Source of the DNA: Escherichia coli
Lineage (GTDB): Bacteria; Pseudomonadota; Gammaproteobacteria; Enterobacterales; Enterobacteriaceae
Reading direction: 5' to 3' (one strand)
DNA: 64,000 bases
Assembly: GCF_048403405.1 (NCBI RefSeq)
Contig: NZ_CP183129.1
The first letter of the stretch is position 1. Each line of letters begins with the position of its first letter. Positions 7,234 through 15,926 of this stretch are shown here, piece by piece. The notes beneath the pieces are model-generated. The model had not been told where the DNA came from. It searched no databases and saw only the letters and a program-made list of their open reading frames with translations. The translations under genes were made by a program, and so were the position numbers.

Positions 7234-8068
7234 TTCTGATAATTCTGGGCGTTATATTGTTCTGGCAGCGGCAAAATCCGTTGCCGGGATTGGCGTCCTG
7301 AAATTGATTACTGAGCATAACCGCGCTCATGCGGTTTTTTCGTGTCATGAGCATTGCTACGCCCAAATTATGGTGGGGCGTACAGGGCCGACTTCGGTCG
7401 GGCCGGGTTCGGTAGTCTCCGGTAACGCCAACCCTGTACGTCTCACCACCTCTGTGATTGGCGTCCCATGTGGTGAGTTTTCTAAAAAACTGACTACCGG
7501 GGCTGTCACTATGACTACTCTCCCAACCCTCTCTCAACCTGAAATTGCCATCGTTGATGGTCAGGCTGTTACATCTTCTTTGGCTGTTGCTGACTTCTTC
7601 TCTAAACGTCATGACGATGTTCTGAAAAAGATTCGCATTTTGGATTGTTCTCCAGAGTTTTGTGCCCGCAATTTTGCGGAGACATCAATTTTGGTACGCC
7701 AGCCCAACGGCGGTACTCGCAAACTACCTTGCTATCAAATAACCCGCGATGGCTTTGCGTTTCTTGCTATGGGTTTCACGGGTAAACGTGCTGCCCAGTT
7801 CAAAGAGGCATACATCAATGCCTTTAACCAGATGGAACAGGCGCTGATCGGAAAGGTTGATACTTCATGTGTCGCGCACAATGCCCACGTTGTTTACCTC
7901 TACATGGCTGAAATTCACCGCGTTTGGTTAGAACAACTTTATCCGATGCTGGTTTCAGTTCAGTCTCCGCTGGCTTCATCGCTCTACGACTACATCAACG
8001 ATGGTGTATTCGTTGCCGGGCTGGTGGACTCGGAACTGAACGAAAAGCATAAGGAGGTGCGTAAGTGA
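7211..8068 (+). CDS. Rha-family phage regulatory protein with ~100-aa N-terminal extension
   Basis: Rha-type segment starts at internal ATG 7511 (MTTLPTLSQPEIAIVDGQAVTSSL...); no stop between 7211 and 7511. Confidence 0.6.
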   Translation: MSKPVMIDSDNSGRYIVLAAAKSVAGIGVLKLITEHNRAHAVFSCHEHCYAQIMVGRTGPTSVGPGSVVSGNANPVRLTTSVIGVPCGEFSKKLTTGAVTMTTLPTLSQPEIAIVDGQAVTSSLAVADFFSKRHDDVLKKIRILDCSPEFCARNFAETSILVRQPNGGTRKLPCYQITRDGFAFLAMGFTGKRAAQFKEAYINAFNQMEQALIGKVDTSCVAHNAHVVYLYMAEIHRVWLEQLYPMLVSVQSPLASSLYDYINDGVFVAGLVDSELNEKHKEVRK

Positions 8069-9006
8069 GCACCAAATTAACCGGCTATGTATGGGATGGT
8101 TGCGCAGCGTCAGGCATGAAATTATCCAGTGTGGCAATTATGGCCCGTCTGGCTGATTTCAGTAATGACGAGGGTGTGTGCTGGCCATCAATTGAAACCA
8201 TTGCCCGCCAGATTGGCGCGGGGATGAGTACCGTCAGAACGGCTATCGCACGGCTGGAAGCAGAAGGCTGGTTAACGCGTAAGGCGCGTCGCCAGGGTAA
8301 CCGCAATGCGTCGAATGTTTATCAGCTTAACGTTGCGAAGCTTCAGGCTGCGGCATTTTCTCAACTGTCAGATTCTGACCCGTCAAAATCTGACGCATCA
8401 AAATCTGACCCGTCAAAATTTGATGCGTCGAAATCTGGCAAAAAAGCGTGTTTTCACCCGTCAGAATCTGGCGGGGATCCGTCAGTAAAATCAAAACATG
8501 ATCCGTCAGATAAAAAACCTTCTCGTCCGGACGCTTTGCAACCGGACACGCAGACGGCTGAACAGGATTTTTTAACTCGCCATCCTGATGCGGTTGTATT
8601 CAGCCCTAAAAAGCGCCAGTGGGGAACGCAGGATGATTTGACCTGCGCACAGTGGCTCTGGAAAAAAATCATCGCCCTGTACGAGCAGGCCGCCGAATGT
8701 GACGGCGAGGTGGTTCGTCCCAAAGAACCGAACTGGACAGCATGGGCAAACGAAATTCGCCTGATGTGTGTGCAGGATGGTCGTACTCACAAACAAATCT
8801 GCGAGATGTACAGCCGCGTCAGCCGTGATCCGTTCTGGTGCCGTAACGTGCTCAGCCCGTCGAAGTTGCGGGAAAAATGGGATGAGCTTTCCCTGCGCTT
8901 ATCGCCGTCCGTCAGCACGCACACAGAAAAACGTGAAGACCCGTACTTCAAAGCCAGTTACGACAACGTGGACTACAGCCAGATCCCGGAAGGATTCAGG
9001 GGGTGA
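8065..9006 (+). CDS. Replication initiation protein (N-terminal HTH, DnaT-like C-terminal domain; lambda O functional analogue)
   Basis: 313 aa; internal iteron array; domain assignment from memory. Confidence 0.6.
   Translation: MSTKLTGYVWDGCAASGMKLSSVAIMARLADFSNDEGVCWPSIETIARQIGAGMSTVRTAIARLEAEGWLTRKARRQGNRNASNVYQLNVAKLQAAAFSQLSDSDPSKSDASKSDPSKFDASKSGKKACFHPSESGGDPSVKSKHDPSDKKPSRPDALQPDTQTAEQDFLTRHPDAVVFSPKKRQWGTQDDLTCAQWLWKKIIALYEQAAECDGEVVRPKEPNWTAWANEIRLMCVQDGRTHKQICEMYSRVSRDPFWCRNVLSPSKLREKWDELSLRLSPSVSTHTEKREDPYFKASYDNVDYSQIPEGFRG
8370..8520 (+). repeat. Iteron array (putative phage origin) inside the replication gene
   Basis: At least five copies of CCGTCA[AG]AAT[CT]TG-like units then A/T-rich stretch; translated as SDPSKSD peptide repeats. 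Confidence 0.5.
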
Positions 9007-9497
9007 TCATGAGTCTTTTGAATGAAGTTCAGAAATTCATTGAAGCCCATCCGGGCTGTACTTCCGGAGACATTGCGGATGCTTTTGCAGGTTACTCACG
9101 GCAGCGCGTACTGCAGTCAGCAAGCAAGTTACGTCAGAGTGGGCGTGTGGCTCACCGTTGTGAAGGGAAAACACGCAGACATTTCCCACACCAGGCTGAG
9201 ATATCGCAGGAGGAGAAACTGCAACCTGTTCTTGAAACCATACCTGTGAGCAATTTCTATGTCGGCACTAACGACCCCTGGGTGATTTTGTGCCTGACCC
9301 GTCAGGCTGAAGAACTGGAGTCCAGGGGCTTATACCGTCGTGCTGCAACGGTGTGGATGGCGGCATTCCGTGAAAGCCACTCCCAGCCAGAACGAAACAA
9401 TTTTCTGGCGCGTCGTGAGCAGTGCTTACAGAAAAGCAGCAAGCGCGCAGCATCGGGTGAAGAGTGGTATCTGTCAGGGAATTACGTGGGGGCTTAA
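9003..9497 (+). CDS. PerC/ANR-like transcriptional regulator (tentative)
   Basis: 164 aa; segment AEELESRGLYRRAATVWMAAF resembles the PerC-family signature; recalled similarity only. Confidence 0.35.
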   Translation: MIMSLLNEVQKFIEAHPGCTSGDIADAFAGYSRQRVLQSASKLRQSGRVAHRCEGKTRRHFPHQAEISQEEKLQPVLETIPVSNFYVGTNDPWVILCLTRQAEELESRGLYRRAATVWMAAFRESHSQPERNNFLARREQCLQKSSKRAASGEEWYLSGNYVGA

Positions 9498-10150
9498 TGA
9501 GTAATAAATATTGTCAGGCACTGGTGGAACTGCGGAACAAACCAGCCCATGAACTGAAGGAAGTGGGCGATCAGTGGCGCACGCCGGACAACATTTTCTG
9601 GGGAATTAACACTCTGTTTGGCCCGTTTGTTCTGGATCTGTTTACTGACGGTGATAACGCCAAATGTGCTGCGTATTACACGGCGGAAGACAACGCGCTG
9701 GCGCATGACTGGTCAGAACGTCTTGCGGAGCTTAAAGGTGCTGCCTTTGGTAATCCCCCATACAGCCGCGCCAGTCAGCATGAGGGGCAATACATCACCG
9801 GCATGCGTTACATCATGAAACATGCCAGTGCCATGCGTGATAAGGGCGGGCGCTATGTTTTCCTGATCAAAGCTGCCACCAGCGAAGTGTGGTGGCCGGA
9901 AGATGCGGACCATATTGCTTTTATTCGCGGGCGTATTGGTTTTGAACTGCCTGCCTGGTTTATCCCGAAAGACGAAAAGCAGGTGCCAACAGGTGCTTTC
10001 TTCGCTGGTGCTATTGCTGTTTTCGACAAGACCTGGAAGGGAGCGGCAATCAGCTACATCGGGCGCGATGAACTTGAGGCATGTGGTGAGGCATTTCTGG
10101 CGCAGGTTCGCCAGCAGGCGGAAAAACTGGTCAGGGAGATGGTGGCATGA
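9497..10150 (+). CDS. Phage N6-adenine DNA methyltransferase (Dam-like, NPPY motif)
   Basis: ATG at 9497 overlaps previous stop; 217 aa; FGNPPY catalytic motif. Confidence 0.7.
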   Translation: MSNKYCQALVELRNKPAHELKEVGDQWRTPDNIFWGINTLFGPFVLDLFTDGDNAKCAAYYTAEDNALAHDWSERLAELKGAAFGNPPYSRASQHEGQYITGMRYIMKHASAMRDKGGRYVFLIKAATSEVWWPEDADHIAFIRGRIGFELPAWFIPKDEKQVPTGAFFAGAIAVFDKTWKGAAISYIGRDELEACGEAFLAQVRQQAEKLVREMVA

Positions 10151-10536
10151 AGCTAATACTGCCTTTTCCGCCCAGCGTGAACACCTACTGGCGACACCCC
10201 AACAAAGGGGCATTTGCTGGTAAGAGCCTGATAAGCGCGGCGGGGCGAAAATTCCAGAGTGCGGCGTGCACAGCAATAGTTGAGCAGTTACGTCGTCTGC
10301 CGAAACCAACGTCGGCACCTGCTTCAGTGGAGATCGTGTTGTTTCCTCCGGATAACCGGATCCGCGATCTGGACAACTATAACAAGGCGCTGTTTGACGC
10401 CCTGACCCACGCGGGTGTGTGGGAAGACGACAGCCAGGTGAAAAGAATGCTGGTGGAGTGGGGACCAGTTATCCCGGAAGGGAAGGTCGAGATCACTATC
10501 AGTAAGTACGAGAAAACGGCGGGTGCAGCCGCCTGA
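10147..10536 (+). CDS. rusA: RusA Holliday-junction resolvase
   Basis: 129 aa; RDLDN and LPFPPSVN motifs. Confidence 0.8.
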   Translation: MKLILPFPPSVNTYWRHPNKGAFAGKSLISAAGRKFQSAACTAIVEQLRRLPKPTSAPASVEIVLFPPDNRIRDLDNYNKALFDALTHAGVWEDDSQVKRMLVEWGPVIPEGKVEITISKYEKTAGAAA

Positions 10537-10555
10537 TTAAGAGGAGAAACGAAGT

Positions 10556-11365
10556 ATGAATAATCTGATGGTCATTGATGGTATTGAAGTTCGTCGTGAT
10601 GCTTATGGGCGTTACAGCCTGAACGATCTGCATCGCGCAGCAGTAGCATCTGGTGCAAATGCCAGAACCAAGGAGCCAGGAAAGTTTCTTTCCAGCCAAC
10701 AAACTGTTGAGCTTGTTCATGAATTGACCAACACCCAGAATTTGGGGGTTGACCCGGTGAGTGTGATTCATGGGGGAAATGAACGGGGAACGTATGTCTG
10801 CAAGGAACTGGTGTATGCCTATGCAATGTGGATCAGTCCATCATTCCATCTGAAGGTGATCCGTACTTTTGACATGGTAACCAGCGCACCGGATAAATTA
10901 TCCGGACAGGCTGCTGACAAGATGCAGGCTGGTGTGATTCTGCTGGACTTTATGCGCCGGGAATTAAACCTGTCTAACTCTTCAGTGCTTGGTGCCTGTC
11001 AGAAACTCCAGGAGGCTGTTGGCTTACCGAATCTGGCACCGCGCTATGCCATTGATGCTCCTGCCGATGCACCCGATGGCTCAAGTCGCCCCACGCTGTC
11101 GCTAAGTGCACTGCTGAAACAGTATGGTATCCGCCTGACGGCTAATCAGGCATATCACCAGATGGTGAAGCTGGGGATCGTCGAGCAGCGCGAACGATAC
11201 AGCCGTACCGCGATTAACAACATCAAAAAATTCTGGTCGCTGACGGCGAAAGGCTGCATGTTCGGCAAGAACATCACCAGTCCTGCAAATCCGCGCGAGA
11301 CGCAGCCGCACTTCTTCGAATCCCGATTCCCTGAGCTGTTAAAGCTGCTCGATACCGTTCATTGA
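10556..11365 (+). CDS. KilA-N domain protein
   Basis: 269 aa; N-terminal GIEVRR...LNDL KilA-N-like segment. Confidence 0.5.
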   Translation: MNNLMVIDGIEVRRDAYGRYSLNDLHRAAVASGANARTKEPGKFLSSQQTVELVHELTNTQNLGVDPVSVIHGGNERGTYVCKELVYAYAMWISPSFHLKVIRTFDMVTSAPDKLSGQAADKMQAGVILLDFMRRELNLSNSSVLGACQKLQEAVGLPNLAPRYAIDAPADAPDGSSRPTLSLSALLKQYGIRLTANQAYHQMVKLGIVEQRERYSRTAINNIKKFWSLTAKGCMFGKNITSPANPRETQPHFFESRFPELLKLLDTVH

Positions 11366-11366
11366 G

Positions 11367-12362
11367 GTGACCGTGAGAGCACTACTGACCCCTGAAATTG
11401 CCCCGCGTATGGGGATCGTATTGTTCAGACCAGGTTCAGAGCTGATGCCCCTGTTTATGCAGGGGCGTGTCCTGCTGGAGCCTGAGCCGGAACGTTATTC
11501 ATCTTTCGCCAGTGGTGCCGTTCCGGCGGCATCACAACCGCTGGCGGATGATCCTGCCGTTCGGGCCGTGTTCCGCAATGAGGCAGTGATCCGTCGTGCT
11601 GGTGGCGTGGAATGTCTTGAAAGCTGGTTACTTCGTGAAAAAGGCTGCCAGTGGCCTCATTCCGACTGGCACAGCGAGAACATGACCACAATGCGACACG
11701 CTCCGGGTGCAATCCGTCTGTGCTGGCACTGCGATAATCAGCTGCGCGATCAGTTCACGGAACGGCTGGAATCAATGGCAACGGATAACTGTGCCCGCTG
11801 GGTGTTGTCTGTTGTGCGTCGGGATCTCGGTTTTGATGACAGTCACGTTGTGACAATGCCGGAACTGTGCTGGTGGCTGATTCGTAATGATCTGGCGGAT
11901 GCCTTACCGGAAAGTGCAGCCCGTAAGGCACTGAGATTACCGAAGCCTGTTGTGCCGACTGTTACCCGGGAAAGTGACCTTGTGCCTTCGGTTCCTGCCA
12001 CCAGCATCATCCGGGATAAGGCGAAAAAGGTGCTGGCGCTGAAAGTGGATCCGGAGTCGCCGGAGTCTTTTATGTTACGCCCAAAACGTCGCCGCTGGGT
12101 TAATGAAAAGTACACGCGCTGGGTTAAGACACAGCCGTGTGCATGTTGTGGAAAGCCCGCTGATGATCCCCACCACCTGATAGGTCACGGTCAGGGTGGA
12201 ATGGGAACAAAAGCGCATGACCTTTTTGTGTTGCCTTTGTGCAGAAAGCATCACGACGAGCTGCATGCGGATACCGTGGCATTTGAAGAGAAGTATGGTT
12301 CCCAACTGGAGCTGATATTTCGTTTTATCGATCGCGCGCTGGCGATTGGTGTGCTGTCCTGA
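11367..12362 (+). CDS. NinG/DUF968-family protein with C-terminal HNH-like Cys/His cluster
   Basis: 331 aa; CACCGK...HH...CRKHHDELH. Confidence 0.55.
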   Translation: MTVRALLTPEIAPRMGIVLFRPGSELMPLFMQGRVLLEPEPERYSSFASGAVPAASQPLADDPAVRAVFRNEAVIRRAGGVECLESWLLREKGCQWPHSDWHSENMTTMRHAPGAIRLCWHCDNQLRDQFTERLESMATDNCARWVLSVVRRDLGFDDSHVVTMPELCWWLIRNDLADALPESAARKALRLPKPVVPTVTRESDLVPSVPATSIIRDKAKKVLALKVDPESPESFMLRPKRRRWVNEKYTRWVKTQPCACCGKPADDPHHLIGHGQGGMGTKAHDLFVLPLCRKHHDELHADTVAFEEKYGSQLELIFRFIDRALAIGVLS

Positions 12363-12379
12363 TTTTGTGGAGAAAGTTG

Positions 12380-12760
12380 ATGCGTGATATTCAGATGGTT
12401 CTTGAACGCTGGGGGGCATGGGCGGCAAGTGGTAACACCGGGGTGGACTATTCTCCGATCGCTGCCGGATTCAAAGGACTTTTACCATCTGCCACTAAAC
12501 CACGTCCGGCCTGCTGCGATGATGACGGACTTATCATTGAAAACTGTCTTGCTCGTCTGAAGCAGAAAAAACCTGAGGAGTATTCGCTTCTCATTGCTCA
12601 TTATCTGTTGCGAATATCAAAAAGACAGATAGCCAGGACGAGAAAGAAAAGCGAAAAAGCAATACGAATTGAGATGCAGATAGCCGAAGGGTTTATTGAC
12701 GGATGTTTGTCTGTGCTGGGGGTAAGACTGGAGATGGACGACTGGCTGCTAAAAAAGTAA
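12380..12760 (+). CDS. Late antiterminator Q (phage 82/21 type, QuuD-like)
   Basis: 126 aa from ATG 12380 (MRDIQMVLERWGAWAA...), GGAG RBS. Confidence 0.8.
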   Translation: MRDIQMVLERWGAWAASGNTGVDYSPIAAGFKGLLPSATKPRPACCDDDGLIIENCLARLKQKKPEEYSLLIAHYLLRISKRQIARTRKKSEKAIRIEMQIAEGFIDGCLSVLGVRLEMDDWLLKK

Positions 12761-12829
12761 AAAATGATTAGTGCGGTCCGCAAAAAGTATGTCAGTATGT
12801 TAAGAGTGGTTACTTCGCCACACAGCTTA

Positions 12830-12852
12830 AACCCGCCGCGAGCGGGTTTTTT
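12830..12852 (+). terminator. tR'-like intrinsic terminator downstream of Q
   Basis: Stem aacccgc/gcgggtt, loop cgcga, tttttt; about 70 nt after Q stop. Confidence 0.55.
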
Positions 12853-12914
12853 ATGGCTGAACGTTAAATGCGCTGGTGGTTGTGAATGCCGACTGCGGCG
12901 GTATTTTGGCGTGA

Positions 12915-13189
12915 CGGCGCAGGTGCCGTATACCGATGTCTGGACGCATAAACCGGTACAGTTCTATCCCGGGAAACATCCGTGCGAAAAACCGGCAGAA
13001 ATGCTGCAGCAGATAATCAGCGCTAGCAGTCGTCCGGGTGACCTGATTGCAGATTTTTTCATGGGGTCGGGTTCGACAGTGAAAGCGGCACTGGCGCTCG
13101 GGCGTCGTGCAATTGGCGTTGAGCTGGAGACTGAACGTTTTGAGCAGACGGTTCGGGAAGTACAGGATTTAGTCAGCCAGAACGGATGA
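12915..13189 (+). pseudogene. C-terminal remnant of a DNA methyltransferase
   Basis: Only the C-terminal region (KHPCEKP...GDLIADFFMGSGST) is present; the NPPY catalytic part is missing; track ORF spans the tR' hairpin. Confidence 0.45.
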
Positions 13190-13229
13190 TATTGAAGAAT
13201 TAATTACGCGTCGTTATTATGCGGCTCCC

Positions 13230-13305
13230 GGCCCTTTAGCTCAGTGGTGAGAGCGAGCGACTCATAATCGCCAGGTCGCTGGTTCAAATCCAGCAAGGGC
13301 CACCA
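13230..13305 (+). tRNA. tRNA anticodon CAU (Ile2 lysidine/Met type; ileZ-like of lambdoid and Stx phages)
   Basis: Cloverleaf read manually: acceptor ggccctt/aagggcc, anticodon loop cuCAUaa, CCA present. Confidence 0.8.
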
Positions 13306-13312
13306 TCACATA

Positions 13313-13389
13313 CCGCCATTAGCTCATCAGGATAGAGCACCAGCCTTCGAAGCTGGTTGCGCGGGGTTCGAGTCCTCGATGGCGGTCCA
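13313..13389 (+). tRNA. tRNA-Arg anticodon UCG
   Basis: Acceptor ccgccat/atggcgg, anticodon loop cuUCGaa, T-arm ggttcgagtcc. Confidence 0.75.
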
Positions 13390-13402
13390 TTATCTGTACC
13401 CT

Positions 13403-13479
13403 GCGTTGTTAGCTCAACCGGACAGAGCAATTGCCTTCTAAGCAATCGGTCACTGGTTCGAATCCAGTACAACGCGCCA
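13403..13479 (+). tRNA. tRNA-Arg anticodon UCU (argO-like)
   Basis: Acceptor gcgttgt/acaacgc, anticodon loop cuUCUaa, T-arm ggttcgaatcc. Confidence 0.8.
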
Positions 13480-13493
13480 GACTTATTTTTCCC

Positions 13494-13519
13494 GGCTCGC
13501 TTTTGCGGGCCTTTTTTTT
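13494..13519 (+). terminator. Intrinsic terminator after tRNA cluster
   Basis: ggctcgc tttt gcgggcc then 8 T. Confidence 0.6.
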
Positions 13520-13719
13520 AAATGTCTCACAATTCAGACGGTTGACAGTTGTCTGTTTTGCGGGGAGTTTGTTAAAAGAAACTGGCATGGTGAATCCCCC
13601 TGTGCGGATGGGCAATCAGCGAGTAGGTATATGGGATAATCGCGGATTCAGGTGCTGGTACTGAATTCACCGGGAGGCACCCGGCACCATGCAGTTGACT
13701 GAAACCATGTATACTCTCA

Positions 13720-13750
13720 GGCCCCACGCACATGTGTTGGGGCCTTTTTA
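13720..13750 (+). terminator. Second intrinsic terminator in spacer before holin
   Basis: ggcccca...tggggcc stem followed by ttttt. Confidence 0.45.
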
Positions 13751-13920
13751 CATGCAAAAAAAAGCCCGCATATTGATACGGGCGGCAAGGAACAAAAAAC
13801 GTGAAGTGATCTATTCAGCCAGTGGATAATACCCTGACGTTACCATATTGCGCAATCGCGCATTCTTTCTTTTTCGCTCCCCTTATAACTACGCCATCCG
13901 TTCGCTGCGGAGGTGAGGCT

Positions 13921-14136
13921 ATGAAATCCATGGATAAAATTTCAACGGGCATTGCCTACGGCACCTCCGCAGGCAGTGCTGGCTACTGGTTTTTACAGTG
14001 GCTTGATCAGGTCAGTCCGTCACAGTGGGCTGCGATTGGTGTACTGGGGAGTCTGGTTCTGGGCTTCCTGACATATCTGACTAACCTGTATTTCAAAATC
14101 AGAGAGGACCGTCGTAAGGCTGCACGGGGAGAGTAA
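13921..14136 (+). CDS. Class II holin (EssD/S21-like)
   Basis: 71 aa from ATG 13921, GGAGGTGAGG RBS; two TM segments; MKSMDK...AARGE matches DLP12 EssD family. Confidence 0.85.
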   Translation: MKSMDKISTGIAYGTSAGSAGYWFLQWLDQVSPSQWAAIGVLGSLVLGFLTYLTNLYFKIREDRRKAARGE

Positions 14137-14140
14137 TTCA

Positions 14141-14485
14141 ATGACTCAAAACTATGAACTGATTGTGAAAGGGATCCGCAATTTTGAGAATAAAGTTACG
14201 GTAACTTTAGCGTTACGGGACAAAAAACGCTTTGACGGTGAAATTTTTGACCTGGACATCTCGCTGGACCGTGTTGAAGGTGCCGCGCTGGAGTTTTATG
14301 AGGAAGCAGCCAGAAGGAGCATCAGACAGGTCTTCCTGGATGTTGCTGCCGGGTTATGTGAAGGGGGTGAGCAGTCGCCGGAAAAGCGCCCCGTAATTTT
14401 AGAGGCGCAGAATGTGTGGATAACCTACAAAGGAAAGCTACCGGGAAGAATTACTGGTTCTCTGAAGACTCCACCGCTGGGCTGA
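14141..14485 (+). CDS. Hypothetical protein between holin and endolysin
   Basis: 114-aa ORF; no recognisable motif. Confidence 0.45.
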   Translation: MTQNYELIVKGIRNFENKVTVTLALRDKKRFDGEIFDLDISLDRVEGAALEFYEEAARRSIRQVFLDVAAGLCEGGEQSPEKRPVILEAQNVWITYKGKLPGRITGSLKTPPLG

Positions 14486-14535
14486 AGACTTAACATATCC
14501 AGGTATTCGGAACCGATAAATCCTGATAAATATCC

Positions 14536-15069
14536 ATGAACGCAAAAATCAGATACGGCCTGTCGGCTGCCGTTCTGGCGCTGATTGCCGCAGGTGCGCC
14601 TGCGCCTGACATTCTCGACCAGTTTCTGGATGAAAAGGAAGGCAACCACACCACGGCATACCGTGATGGTGCAGGTATCTGGACCATCTGCCGTGGTGCC
14701 ATCATGGTGGATGGCAAACCTGTCGTTCCGGGCATGAAGTTGTCGAAGGAAAAATGCGAACAGGTTAACGCCATTGAGCGTGATAAAGCGCTGGCGTGGG
14801 TGGAGAAAAACATCAGAGTGCCGCTGACCGAACCCCAGAAAGCGGGGATCGCGTCATTCTGTCCGTACAACATTGGCCCCGGTAAGTGTTTCCCGTCGAC
14901 GTTTTATAAGCGGCTGAATGCCGGTGATCGTAAGGGGGCATGCGAAGCGATTCGCTGGTGGATTAAGGATGGTGGGCGCGATTGCCGCATACGTTCAAAT
15001 AACTGCTATGGGCAAGTTATTCGTCGTGACCAGGAAAGCGCATTAGCCTGTTGGGGGATAGAGCAGTGA
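14536..15069 (+). CDS. SAR-endolysin (GH24 lysozyme, RrrD-like)
   Basis: 177 aa; N-terminal signal-anchor-release segment; E/D/T catalytic spacing. Confidence 0.85.
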   Translation: MNAKIRYGLSAAVLALIAAGAPAPDILDQFLDEKEGNHTTAYRDGAGIWTICRGAIMVDGKPVVPGMKLSKEKCEQVNAIERDKALAWVEKNIRVPLTEPQKAGIASFCPYNIGPGKCFPSTFYKRLNAGDRKGACEAIRWWIKDGGRDCRIRSNNCYGQVIRRDQESALACWGIEQ

Positions 15070-15533
15070 GCAGAGTCGCCGCGATTATTTATGCTCTGGT
15101 TATCTGCATCATCGTCTGCCTGTCGTGGGCGGTTAATCATTACCGTGATAACGCCATCACCTACAAAGAACAGCGTGATAAAAAAGTCAGTGAGCTGAAG
15201 CAGCTGACCGCCACCATCGCTGACATGCAGCAGCGTCAGCGTGATGTTGCTGCGCTCGATGCAAAATACTCGAGGGAATTAGCCGATGCGAGAGCTGAAA
15301 ATGAAACTCTTCGCGCTGACGTTGCCGCTGGTCGTAAGCGCCTGCGGATCAACGCCACCTGCCCCGGTACCGTGCGTGAAGCCACCGGCACCTCCGGCGT
15401 GGATAATGCAACCAGCCCCCGACTGGAAGACACCGCTGAACGGGATTATTTCACCCTCAGAGAGCGGCTGATGACGATGCAGATGCAACTGGAAGGGGCA
15501 CAGGAGTATATCCGCACTCAGTGCATTAAGTAG
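15066..15533 (+). CDS. Rz-like inner-membrane spanin
   Basis: GTG at 15066 overlapping lysozyme stop; N-terminal TM then coiled-coil. Confidence 0.7.
   Translation: MSRVAAIIYALVICIIVCLSWAVNHYRDNAITYKEQRDKKVSELKQLTATIADMQQRQRDVAALDAKYSRELADARAENETLRADVAAGRKRLRINATCPGTVREATGTSGVDNATSPRLEDTAERDYFTLRERLMTMQMQLEGAQEYIRTQCIK
15286..15471 (+). CDS. Rz1-like outer-membrane lipoprotein spanin (embedded in Rz, +1 frame)
   Basis: Lipobox LVVSAC, proline-rich [15 protein letters not shown]. Confidence 0.7.
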   Translation: MRELKMKLFALTLPLVVSACGSTPPAPVPCVKPPAPPAWIMQPAPDWKTPLNGIISPSESG

Positions 15534-15575
15534 CCTTTTTATCGTGGTAAACATTTCGCAGGGTATGAGGTATTT

Positions 15576-15926
15576 ATGCCATCACTAATCCCACGAGCCT
15601 GCCGTAAGCGTGGATGTGCAGGAACAACCACAGACAGTTCTGGTTACTGCGATAAACATCGTGGCGAAGGATGGGTACAGCATCAACGAGGACTGAGTCG
15701 CCACCAGCGTGGCTATGGTTCGAAATGGGATGCCATACGTGCGCGCATACTGAAGCGTGATAATCATCTGTGTCAGAACTGCCTGCGCAATGGGAGAGCC
15801 GTTGAAGCCAGAACTGTGGACCACATCATTCCGAAAGCTCATGGTGGCACGGATGCAGACAGTAACCTGCAGAGTCTGTGCTGGCCCTGTCATAAAGCAA
15901 AAACAGCGCGCGAACGCATCAATTGA
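15576..15926 (+). CDS. HNH endonuclease (terminase-associated)
   Basis: 116 aa; Cys pairs and HxxH; adjacent to terS/terL. Confidence 0.8.
   Translation: MPSLIPRACRKRGCAGTTTDSSGYCDKHRGEGWVQHQRGLSRHQRGYGSKWDAIRARILKRDNHLCQNCLRNGRAVEARTVDHIIPKAHGGTDADSNLQSLCWPCHKAKTARERIN

Noticed and set aside
8306-8488. 60-aa ORF with repeated QNLT motifs
   Set aside because: Out-of-frame reading of the iteron repeats inside the replication gene
12764-12914. N-terminal 50 codons of the track ORF 12764-13189
   Set aside because: This segment covers the tR' hairpin and has no methylase homology; only the C-terminal remnant is treated as a pseudogene
13431-13757. Plus- and minus-strand ORFs overlapping the tRNA genes and spacer
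   Set aside because: Overlap tRNA sequences and terminators; no RBS; only the short 25-codon segment is kept as a question in findings
13480-13920. Shiga toxin genes at the Q-tRNA-holin locus
   Set aside because: No ORF of suitable size or A/B subunit signature; the spacer is non-coding
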